NCBI RefSeq assembly: GCF_006345805.1
Contig: NC_043020.1
Span: forward strand, 30,194,001 to 30,258,000
From: Octopus sinensis
Taxonomy: Eukaryota
Reading direction: 5' to 3'
DNA: 64,000 bases
Shown: piece by piece, positions 52,488-64,000 of the stretch
How positions within the stretch are numbered: position 1 is the stretch's first letter
How the letters are laid out: the number at the start of each line of letters is the position of its first letter
Program-made: the position numbers and the translations under genes
Notes under the pieces: generated by a model
What the model saw: only the letters and a program-made list of their open reading frames with translations
Databases searched by the model: none
Told to the model about the DNA's origin: nothing

Positions 52488-52850
52488 TCAGCGTGTCTTC
52501 AAGCGTGCATGAAGTTGGTCCCGATGTTGGAGTCGACTTTGCTCAAATCTTTGAACTGAAGAGAAGCAGGACTGGCGCCAAATCCTGCGTTCTGCTGCTT
52601 TGTCTTTCCCTCGGAAGCAAAGGGAAAGTTGCACTGCTTTAGACTGTCTTTTAGTTTGTCTTTGAAGCGGAAGAATAGCCAACCAACTGACTTTCTTGTT
52701 GGGAAAAGGCCAAAGAGAAGTTGCTTTGGTATTCTGATATCACTCATGTGTGGGAGATGACCATTGAAGCTGTATTTTGATGAGGATGGCTTCAATACCT
52801 GATACGTTGCATTTTGTTAGCACCTCACTGTTATGAATACGGTCACTCAT
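52488..52850 (-). mobile_element. RTE-clade LINE fragment
   Basis: Reads GHLPHMSDIRIPKQLLFG...RFKDKLKDSLK. Confidence 0.78.
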
Positions 52851-54963
52851 ACATAGACATGTTTATACACAATGGGCTTCTTTCAGTTTCCATTAACCAA
52901 ATCCAATCCACAGCTGTAGCTGGTACAGGGCTATAACAGAATACACTTTCCCATGGTGCCACAGAGTGGGACTGAACACAGGACCATATGATTAGGATGG
53001 TTGGGAATCAAGCTTTTTACCTACACAACCATATTTGGTTAATAGGAGAGAGAGAGAGAGAGAGACCCTTCTCTATTCTTTCAAGGGGCATGGTGTGGTT
53101 TGAGGGATATTTGGTTGTTATTTCTAGATGGTTGAATAACCTGATCTGTCAATGTCTGAGGTTCGTTCAATGTTGCGTGTTTATATTGGCAGCAGATGGC
53201 TGAAGGTGGTGCCAACGGAATCTAACATTTTAATTTATAGCTGGGAAGTCTTATGACAAGACAGAATTGGTTTGGAGGTCAACGGAGGTTTGCGAGGAAT
53301 GGAAATAGAATTTTCAAATAAGCAAATACAAGAAAATCTATTTCCCGGTTTTCTGGTCCTTTCCATGTATTACAACACATACACACACACACACACACAA
53401 ACACACAAATATATATATACACACATGCATATACGGGACACACTAACACACACACACACACACAGAAACAGCCATATACACACGCATACAAACACAAAAA
53501 GCAGTTACACACACATACACGGAACCACACATATATAAAGATACACAAATACATAGACACAAACACACACACACACACAGACATGAAAATACACATACAC
53601 GATTGTACACACTACATATGCACATACACAGACAGACACACAGACAGACACACATTTAAAATGTGTACAAAGCTTCTAATTTATGAAGGAGGTGATACAG
53701 TAGAAACATAAATTACTGTTGTTGCCTGCATCTTTCAAGTTAATCTGAACAAATAACCCCAACCCACTCCATGACCACCACCATTAAAAGTACATTTCAC
53801 AAATAAAAATATATTTAAAAAAAGCCGCTGCTGCTGCTACCACTAATACCAAAACTATAACTACTACTACTACTACTACTAATAATAATAATAATAACAA
53901 CAAAACAACAACAATACAAATGATAGACAAATAAATGAAAACATGATAATAGTAATGATGATGATAATGGTGATGATGACAACTGATGAAGATGATGATG
54001 ATGAGGATGGTGATGATTATAATAGCAACAACAACAATAAAGATAATAGATAAATAATAATAAAATAATGGTAATAATGATGATGATAATAATATTAAAA
54101 ATAAATAATAATAATAAAATTACATTTCAATATCAAATGACAGTAATTATAGAAGTAAAAACAAAAAAAAAGAAAATTATAAAAAAAGGAGAAAAAATTT
54201 AATTCAGTCAGATTGACTAAAAAAAGAAATATTATTACAAATGTCTCTCTCTCTCTCTCTCTCCTCTCTCTCTTTGTATCTCTCTCTCTCTCTTTCCTCT
54301 CTCTCTCTCCTTCCTTTTTTCTACCTCCAATAAAAGATGATTAAAAAAATAAATGTATAATTTTTTCCCAAAAAAACCCAAAATAAAATTTAAAAAATAA
54401 TACTTATGATAATAATAATAATAATAATAATGGTAATCATCATCATCAACATGATAATAAAAATAACAACAACAACAATAATAATAGCAACAATAAGATT
54501 AATGATAAGAATTCTAAAAATAAGTAAAATGGAAAAAAAGAAAAAAGTTCAGAAATAAATTTTAAAAAATAGCTGTTTTGAATAAACAAAATTAGATTTG
54601 AAAAAAGTACGAAGCAGAAAAAATAAAATGAATAAATTAGAAAATAAAGAATGAATAAAATAAAAGAAAATAATGAAGTTAAGTTTTTTTTCATACATAG
54701 AAAAAAAGGAGAAATAAAATAAATATAAAAACAGCAAAAATAATTTAATCGATAAAATCTCATATTTCATATGAAAGTTGCTGAGATGATTTTTGACTAA
54801 AAACTGCCTAATTTAGAGGAAAATATTGTTTTGTGGATTTCAAACACAGACACACAAAAACATGTGTGTGTGTGTGTGTATGCTCTATATATGTATATAT
54901 TTGTATGTTGGTGGTGGTGCCCCAGCATGGCCACAGCTCTTGAGCTGAAACTAATAAAAGAGT

Positions 54964-54998
<35 letters not shown>

Positions 54999-56868
54999 CT
55001 TAATTGTTTCAGTCATTAGACTGTGGCCATGCTGGGGCACCAGCCTGAAGAATCTTTAGTCAAATGGAGTGACCTTAGTTTTTTTTTTTAAAGCCTGGTA
55101 CTTATTTTATTGGTCTTCTTTGCTGAACCACTAAGTTACAGGGACATAAACACACCAACACAAGTTGTCAAGCGGTGGTGGGGGACAAACACACACACAC
55201 ACACACACAACGGGCTTCTTCCAGTTTCCTATTTCTTTATTGCCCACAAGGGGCTAAACATAGAAGGGACAAACAAATGGATTAAGTCGATTACATTGAC
55301 CCCCAGTGCTTAACTGGTACTTAATTTATCAACCCCGAAAGGATGAAATGCAAAGTCGACCTCGGCAGAATTTGAACTCAGAACCTAGCGGCAGACAAAA
55401 TACCGCTAAGCATTTCACCCGGTGTGCTAATGTTTCTGCCGAGTTGCCACCTTTTCCAGTTCCAGGCTTCTTCCAGTTTCCGTCTACCAAATCCTCTCAC
55501 AAGGCTTTGGTCGGCCCGAGGCTATAGTAGAAGACACTTGCTCAAGATGCCATGCAATGGGACTGAACCCGGAACCATGTGGTTGGGAAGCAAGCTTCTT
55601 ACCACACAGCCACACCTGGCCTCGTGGTTAGGGCGTTGCACTCAAGATCAGAAAATCTGATGTTGGGTTATTTGGAGTGGAGTTGGGCCGGGAGTGAGTG
55701 GTGAGTGGAGGGATGAGATGAAGGGTAGGTAGTGGGTGGCAACAGAAGTCGTTGTGAAGTGGAGGAGAGTGGGGTGGTGGTTGGCTGTAGAGGAGGGCAA
55801 AGAGGGTAATTGTGACAGAGAGGTAATTATAGAGGGATGAGGAGGGGACCAGTGCAGTCCCTTACACCCTTACACATAAGCCTAGTGAAAGGATGACAAG
55901 GGACCAATGCAGTCTCCTATATAGAGGCCTGGTGAGGGGATGCTCAATGTTCAATACACCCACTTCTACTCCCCTCAGGTCTTGGCAGGACAACTGGACG
56001 ACACCTTGTCCCTAATAAGGGGTCTCTCTGCAGTTCTTACTGATCATTCTCTCCCTTCCCTATGAAATGTAAGAATCTTCTGCTCTGCCCCTTCCCCACC
56101 TATTGCACTCCTTTCATACTTTAACCCCTCATCCCCCCCCCCAGCATAAAGCCAACACCCTACCCCCTTGGAGTTTGTAGTCTTGTGAGCTACATGGTAA
56201 CCTCAATGGGTGCTGGTGGCAGGGAAGACACACCCTGTACACATTGTAGAATGGTTGGCATTAGGAAGGACATCCAACTACAGGGACCATGCTACAGCAG
56301 ACACTGAAGCAGTTCTTGCTCCCAGTGGATCCAATCAGTCAGTCCAACCCATTCCAGCATGGAACATGGCCATTAAATGGTGATGACGTCATCATCTTCA
56401 TTGTCAAACGTCTGTTTTCCATGCTGGTATGGGTTGGACGGTTTGACTGAAAACTGGTAAGCCAGGGGGACTGCACCAAGTTCCAATCTGATTTGGCAAG
56501 GTTTCTACAGCCAGATGCCCTTCCTAATGCCAACCTCTTTTTTATGTGTCACCAGCATGACGACTCCATATATATGGGATTGTCAACACTTGGTGCATCA
56601 TTTAATGGAGAGTCGCCATATTCCATTCCATAGCTGCCATCTCTGAAGAGCGCAGGGTTACATAATCGGACTGCTATCTAACACTCCGTTGAACCCCTAA
56701 TGCAAAACTGATTGGTAAGATCAGCAGTAATGGATATATAATACTGTACACTTTGATTAATATATATATATACTTCTAATATAAGGATGAAATTTTTCAA
56801 AAACAAAATTTTATCAGTGGCCAGCATATTAAAATACCTTTCAAGATGAAAATTTAAACAATTATAAA

Positions 56869-56992
56869 TAAGGGCAAAAGAAAAACATTTTCTATGCCAA
56901 TATGCTGAAAAATAGACCTTAGATCATCTAACCACAATCTAAGGTCTATTTTTCAGCATACTGGCATAGAAAATGTTTTTCTTTTGCCCTTA
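56869..56992. repeat. Near-perfect hairpin, 56-bp arms, 12-nt loop
   Basis: 56869-56924 is the reverse complement of 56937-56992 with one mismatch. Confidence 0.9.
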
Positions 56993-57000
56993 CACACATG

Positions 57001-57031
<31 letters not shown>

Positions 57032-57575
57032 GCATGTAAGTATGTGTGTAGCCTTGTCTAGACATCATTCTGCCTCAAAAGACACATGCAAGCCGGTTAC
57101 ATGGACATTAAATGATGATGATGATGATGATGATAGGCAAAAGCTGAAGGTGGGGCAGAGTAGTCAATTATCCTGACCCCAATATTTGACTGGTAATTAA
57201 ATTTAGTGAAACTAGAGAGATGAAAGGCAAAAAAAAAATTTTTTAAAAAAGCAACAGCGAAAGACAAAATCCAAACTGACGTGGGCAGGATTTGAAACCA
57301 GAATATTAAAGTGATATAAGTGAATGCTGCGATACGGACGATTTGGGTCCAACATCTCATTCAGTTCTACCACTCCAATGATCCTCCCCCACCCACCACC
57401 ACAACACCTCCACTCTTTTAATAACTGCAACAACAACAATAATGAAATTAATAATTTAATAACAGTAATTTATGACATGGAAATGAAACAGTTTCTACTT
57501 TGGGATTACTGGAAGAAAGTAACAACAACAACAACAACGTCCTCCTCTTTCTCCTCCTCCTCCTCATCATCATCG

Positions 57576-57617
<42 letters not shown>

Positions 57618-58095
57618 CTGAGTAAATATCTTTAATTAGTAATAATATCATTAGATTCCTGTTTCATGGCCTTGTTCTTATTTCCATAGTTACTGATACA
57701 TTGAAGTTGCCACAGACAGTATGGAGGGGATGGTGCGTGTGTGTGTGTGTGGGAGGGGCGATTTGATGGAAGGTGGTGGTGGTGGGTGTGGAGGAACGGC
57801 GGGGGAGGGAGGGAGGGATGGATGGAGGTGGAATGCTTTGCCAAGAGTTATAATGGCCATTGTTTTATGCAGCTTTGCTATTCTTGATATGACAAAAGAA
57901 TGGAAAGATCATAAGGAATACTAATAAAAGGATTTAAATGAAGGGTGGCAAGAGGGGTGTGTGGGCGGGTGGGGGAGAAAAGTAAAAGGGGTGGGCGTGC
58001 ATGGGTGGGTGTGGCAGAGAGGAGAAGAGAAACAAAAGATAAAGATAGACCTAAGCACTTATTTATATACGTGTATGATTATACATTAACATCTA

Positions 58096-58149
<54 letters not shown>

Positions 58150-59336
58150 CATACACACACACACATTTATCTACCTACACATATATAAATATGTAGATGT
58201 ATATATATTCATTTATACACATACATACATGAACACACAAATGCACACATGCCCGCATGCATGCGCGCGCGCGCACACACACACACACACACACATTAAT
58301 ATGTGTAATGTGAAGAAAAAAATCAATTGATGGAAAGAACAAAATGTGATAAAAGAAGGGATCAAGGGATGAAATATAAGGAAACAACAACAACAACAAC
58401 AACAACAGGATGAGAAAATCGAAACATATTCTGCAGCAAATAAACAGCAATTATTAAAGACAGATTTAACTTGGTAAGAGAGAAACGGCTCCTGGTGTTT
58501 GCCCTGAACAACTGAATGGAAAAACAAAAACCCAAAAGTAGGGTTAACAACTTGCTTGAGGGATACAAACCTAATGGTTGCATTAACAGACTGATTTCAA
58601 GGCTGTAGCCCCCAGCGGTTAACCCAAACAGCTGGTCCCAGGGACACATCACAACGGTTGGGTTAAAACTGATTTCATACACATACACCAGTGGTAGGAT
58701 AAACAGCTGATTTTATGACTGGGTTACCCTCTGATTTCAGGGGAAAAGCTCAATGGTTTTATTTACAGTTAATTTTGGGGCACACCCCTGTGGTTAACAG
58801 CTGGTTTGAGGGATAAAGCACTAGAGTTGGGTAAACAATGACTCTGAGGGCTACAAACCCAGTGCTTGGTTTGAATGACAGGTTTTAGGACATAAATCCA
58901 ATGAATATCTAGTTTGAGGGATGCAGGGCTCGTTGTCGACCTGAATAACTGATTTGAAAGACACAGACCCCACCCTGCCGCCAGGGCATGGCTTTGAACT
59001 TGGAATACAGAAGCATGCAAGTGAATACTCCAGGTATTTCCTTTGTCACTGGTTCTGTCAATCCACCCGAACAAATCCTTCCAACCCAACACCCGATATT
59101 CTTTCTAGATTAAACACTACTCTTGTTGTTTTGCCCTATCTCTATACTGACCTAAAATCAAAGGCTTTTCAGGCATGACCATCTCACTTTTTCCCCAGGC
59201 ACAATGTGCCCTGTGCCACAATATCCAATATGTTCTTCCATTTATTATATAGAAGCATGGTGTAGGGTGAGGGAGGTCTGAGATCTGGCTGCTATTTCTT
59301 CCAAGTCAAGTAATCACTCCTACACACACACATGTA

Positions 59337-59383
<47 letters not shown>

Positions 59384-59385
<2 letters not shown>

Positions 59386-59613
59386 TGGAGTAAACACATA
59401 AATGTGAAACAAGGTGGAAAAAAGAGTACTCAAATACCAGTGGTAGAGTAATATGCTTTATTTAAAGCAGCAGAAAATTCAACAAAATCTGTTACTCTGA
59501 GTTTCTCGTTGCCGTTCATCAGACAGTTTTTGCTAGAAAAAAACTGTCTGATGAACGGCAACGAGAAACTCAGAGTAACAGATTTTGTTGAATTTTCTGC
59601 TGCTTTAAATAAA

Positions 59614-59619
<6 letters not shown>
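59384..59619. mobile_element. Fold-back Penelope-like element embedded in (TA)n, ~80-bp arms
   Basis: 59451-59531 is the reverse complement of ~59539-59619, and each arm carries a hammerhead core. Confidence 0.75.
59544..59581 (+). ncRNA. Minimal type I hammerhead ribozyme motif (mirror copy on - strand at 59489-59526)
   Basis: CTGT-CTGATGA-ACG(GCAA)CGA-GAAA-CTC-A-GAG-TA-ACAG. Stem I is CUGU/ACAG, stem II has a GNRA tetraloop, stem III is CUC/GAG, and the cleavage triplet is GUA. Confidence 0.7.
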
Positions 59620-59683
<64 letters not shown>

Positions 59684-60212
59684 TGTGTGTATATATACAT
59701 TACACACACACACACAGTCCATAAATACTTCCATTCATCCATCCACACACACACACACACTTAAAGTGGTGAGCTCCAACTGGTCTGTACCAGTTTCATG
59801 GGAACCATTTCTTAAGTGCAAGTCTGTTGTTCACAGTAGTGAGAGGTTACTGTGTAAAATGTTCTATTTTAATATTAAAGATGGGAAGAGATTAATAAAG
59901 TTTGTTTTGAGGAAAGAATCAGGAAATACACACAAATTCATATTATTATTATTATTATATATAAATTTAAATAGAGGTTAAAATAGCCTCATTAAGGGAT
60001 AAAAATATCCAATGAATTACTGGTTCATTGCTTATTATTTATTTCTGAATAGTAATATTCATAAAATAATAGGTTTAAGTATAAATCTTGGTTTATAAAT
60101 ATTCAAATTAAAATCCAGAAAATGGAGAACATGGTGAATTGTTGCACTTAATAAATTATATTAATGCTAGATCTCCATTTTCTGAATTTTAACTTGTGTA
60201 CGTATGTATACA

Positions 60213-60248
<36 letters not shown>

Positions 60249-60378
60249 TTTATATGTATGTAGTTCAAAATTGTACAAAAAAACAAGACAGAAAAAGAGG
60301 TCAGGGAACAACAAAGTGTATTTGTTTGACACTGAAGGTGAGACTGGAAATTCTTTATGCCAATGAGCCAGAACTCAC

Positions 60379-60429
60379 CGACAACATGTCCGACAGGAGG
60401 AACTGCGAAAGATTCCACTGAGTAAACAC
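60379..60429 (-). CDS. MPND: Candidate 51-nt cassette exon of MPND
   Basis: Polypyrimidine...TAG acceptor and G|GTGAGT donor, frame-preserving (VFTQWNLSQFLLSDMLS). No homology support. Confidence 0.4.
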
Positions 60430-61153
60430 CTAGATACATGTGGAGAAGGAAAATTTAAGATCTTTCCCTTCTATAAATGTCCAAAGAATGATACCTCCTT
60501 CAGGAGAAATATGGGAAAATACTTCATAACAAAGTTCTGCCCCAAATTGAATGGCTGAAAATATTTCTATAATAATTTGTACTAGATGAAGGACCAATTT
60601 TGTAAAAAGTAAATTGTATTAAACACACACACAGAGTTCTACACACATAAATAAAAACAATCTTTCATCAAGATTCTCCAATCCATATCAGCACAGGAAT
60701 CAAACAATGGTATAAATATCAACACAATTATTTCTTCTTCTTCTTCTCTTTCTTCTTTCTTCCCTTTCAGATACACAGGCACCCACTCTCTCTCACACAC
60801 ACACAAAACAATGATAAAAAGAAATCCAGGCAATTTTTTGAGAAGTGACATTTTGCCCCCCTTGATGTGACCAACTGGGTTTGTCATTTCTAAAAGCCAA
60901 GAATCATTTACTATTGAAAGACTGACCAGCTGCAAAAATATCAACAAATGTTTTTCTTCTTTCTCTCCTTCTTCCTTTCCTTCTCTTTTTCTGTAACACT
61001 TCTTTCAGATACAAACACACACACACACACACACACAATGTACCAAGCAACAAGAACAGATCAAGCCATTCAAAAAGATCAAACAAAAAAGAAAAAAAGA
61101 AAAGAAAAATAAACAGAAACCGGTAGAATAAAAACTTTGAAGTCGTTGCTTAC

Positions 61154-61240
61154 CAGATTGTCACAGATATTGCCATTCTGTCGCTGCTTTCGACACCAAA
61201 GTGATTTCCAGGAAACTAACTTCCTGCCTTTGTATTTGAT
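61154..61240 (-). CDS. MPND: MPND-like exon (end of the RAMA domain)
   Basis: IKYKGRKLVSWKSLW resembles MPND VKYKGQKLDKYKATW. Confidence 0.9.
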
Positions 61241-63188
61241 CTGAAATAGAAGTTTAAGGATTGACAAGTTGCTGTTGTTGCTGCTGAAGATGATGATGAT
61301 GATGATGAATATGGTCACATTGAGGATAGTGCCCAATGATAATAATAATAATAATAATAATGATGATGATGATCCTTTCTTATTTTGGTTCAAGGTCAGC
61401 AACTTCGAGAGGTAGGGAAGGTGATTGGAGTGACTCAAACGCTCAACTGGTACTCACTTTTGCAGCTTGGCATGCCAATGATTCAGCCAGCTCACCATTT
61501 TAATAATAATAATAATAACAATAGTACTGGCCCTCCGTTGGTTATGAGGACAAGGGTTCCATTTGATGTGATCAATGGAAGAGCCTGCTCATGAAATTAA
61601 CAGCAAGGTGTGGTTATTTCTAATTTAGATAAAAGAGCCAACCAATGCCTTGTGAGTGAAGTTCGTCCATGGAAACCACAAAGAAGTTGATTGTGTAAAT
61701 ATATATATATATATATGCAAGCACAGGAGTGGCTGTGTGGTAAATAGCTAGCTTACCAATCACATGGTTCTGGGTTCAATCCCACTGCATGGCACCTTGG
61801 GCATGCAGTGCCCAAGGTGCCATGTCTTCTACTATAGCTTCAGGCTGACCAAAGCCTTGTGAATGGATTTGGTAGATGGAAACTGAAAGAAGCCCGTCGT
61901 ATATATATATGCATGTGCGTGTTTGTGTGTCTGTTTGTCCCCCACTATCTAAGTAAGGATACATTATGCCTGGGTAAAAAAAAAACAAATCCAGAAAGTT
62001 TAGTCATGGTTGGAATGGCTCTGATCATAGATCTGTCTGTTGGTGCCAGATCAGAGATGACCTGGGGTTAAATACTACCACCACCACCACCACCACCACC
62101 ACCACCACTACCGACAACAACAGTTAACTGGTCTTCTGGTCTTCTTCAATACCGATTATTTTGGCAGCATTTCATTGATCTCTACCAATGATATTTTAGA
62201 AATGATGATCAATCTTCTTCACCCTGTACCAGTTACCAATGATCTTGGGGGCAGCAGCAAGAGGAGGAAGAAATCAAAGAACATACGCAGCTCTTAAAAT
62301 ATCCAACATCCATTAAAGAAATATTGGATTCATCTCAACTTTCAAAAACAAAATTTGCAAACCATTTCTTTTTTTTACCTTGTTTATTTTCATTTAGTTG
62401 GATTATTATCATCATTATTATTATCATCGTTGTTATTGTTGTTGTTGTTGAAACCTAAGATGTAATATAATAAGGATGACTATTTATTTATCTGGCGCTA
62501 TTCTATATTTTGGCAAACAAAGAAACTACCACATTTTGTGTTCTGTTTCCTCCTCCTCCTCCCCCTCCTTTTTTCTACTTCTCCCCCCCCCCCCCGCCGA
62601 GGTCGCCAACAACGACAACAACAACAACACCACCATCTTCTCTGTAATTGTCTTTTCTATGCCATCACCAGCCAATGAGAGAAGCTTATCTGCAATGGCT
62701 CAACATGCTGGAAATAGCAGCCAACTCTAAGCCTCACTTCAGGTCAGTCCCCAATGCCTTGCAAGACCTATCATCAAAAGCAACCAAGCCATAACAATTC
62801 AGTCGTTTTGTCTTCCAAATGTTGGGAGAACATATTCGCTATTCATGCTGGCATGGGTTAGATGGTTCAACTGGAACTGGTAAGCCGGAGAGCTGCACCA
62901 AGTTCCAGTCTGATTTGGCATGGTATCTATGGCTGGATGCCCTTCCTAATGCCAACCACTCCGAGAGTCATAATGGGTGCTTTTTATGTGTCACTGGCAT
63001 GGAAGCCATTTGCATGACTTCAGCAATGGCCATGACTCTAATTTCACTTGGCTTGACGAGTCTTCCTAAGTACAGCGTATCACCAAATAAAAAAAAAAAA
63101 ATTGCGAGTTGGATTAAAAAACAAAAGAAAAAGCAAGTAAGTAGTGGACGGTCTGCTAGTTAGAATGATGGGAGAGGGTTAAACTTAC

Positions 63189-63335
63189 CGATGCCCAGCC
63201 ACAGCCAGACTTTTTGGAAGGATTGACCAGCTTTTTGCAGTGACTAGCCCAGGCACTTGGTGAGTTGAAAATTTCATTATTTTCTTGCCACCTGATCTTA
63301 CCGTTTGGAAGAAGGTCAGCAGCAAATTTCTTTCC
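63189..63335 (-). CDS. MPND: MPND-like exon (RAMA domain); upstream exons lie outside the window
   Basis: GKKFAADLLPNGKIRWQE..IFNSPSAWASHCKKLVNPSKKSGCGWAS is a close match to the MPND RAMA domain. Confidence 0.95.
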
Positions 63336-63749
63336 CTGATTTAGAAAAGAGATAAAAAAAAAAGATGGTATAAATATAATTGGTCAGAATATATCGTTAC
63401 TAAAATATAATTAGTTCAAAAAATAATTATAAAATATAATTGCTTAATGTTGATAATTAAAAAATATAATTGGCTAATTTAACTCATTTGAATAATTATA
63501 AAAAAGTAACAAGAAATCATGAAAATCCTCATCATTTAATGTTCACTTTTCTTTGGCTGGGTGCCCTTCCTGTCACCAACACTCACCTGTTTCCAAGCAA
63601 GGTAATATCTCCCCCCTCATGGCCAGACATGGTTTTCATGGAAGACTGGAAACAAACAACACTGCTTGTATGACAGTGATGTTCGTTTACAACCATCATG
63701 TGATGTCAAGACAAAGGTATACATACACACACCATCATCATCATCAAGA

Positions 63750-64000
63750 TCCCTTAACTGATGCAACCAGTTGCTGGGGTGCCACTCCAGACGCTCCCAT
63801 AGTCAGCTGTCCACTGTTCTGTCATGCGTAGCAGGTTCACTGTGCTGTGACCCATCCAATCCTTGATGTTGTCAAAAGATATTCTCTGTCTGCCCCTCTT
63901 TCGGCCTTGGTTTTGGACAGGGATTTCTGCTGGGACACATGACCATACCAGGCAAAGCTTTTGTCTTTTTAACTGCACAAAGAGTGGTTTCTGTCTGCCA
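63750..64000 (-). mobile_element. RTE-clade LINE 3' fragment
   Basis: Reads QGRKRGRQRISFDNIKDWMG, followed by a (TGA)n tail. Confidence 0.7.

Noticed and set aside
57578-57616. (CAG)n tract as a coding polyQ/polyA exon
   Set aside because: It lies among other microsatellites in an MPND intron, with no supporting splice sites or phase fit.

Overview
Eukaryotic (animal) genomic DNA: AT-rich, intron-rich and dense in SINEs and (TA)n/(CA)n arrays. It is most consistent with a coleoid cephalopod such as Octopus, which I infer from the repeat landscape and did not confirm. Three spliced genes were reconstructed by hand with GT-AG junctions and matching phases. (1) The 5' part of a METTL25-like methyltransferase (- strand, ATG 2667, continuing off the left edge). 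(2) A complete NPAT/Mxc-like histone-locus-body scaffold gene (+ strand, 12 coding exons, 6861-30112, about 1826 aa), head-to-head with METTL25. (3) An MPND-like RAMA + MPN/JAMM gene (- strand, stop at 38199, 5' end beyond the right edge), tail-to-tail with NPAT across a ~6.3 kb TA/CA array. Non-coding highlights are two intronic fold-back elements that each carry paired minimal hammerhead-ribozyme motifs, a 5S rRNA pseudogene split by a LINE 3' end, and a 12-bp array amplified from a SINE A-box. Decayed Tc1 and mariner transposons, MITEs and RTE/R4 fragments are also present. Most ORFs in the supplied track are low-complexity artefacts.
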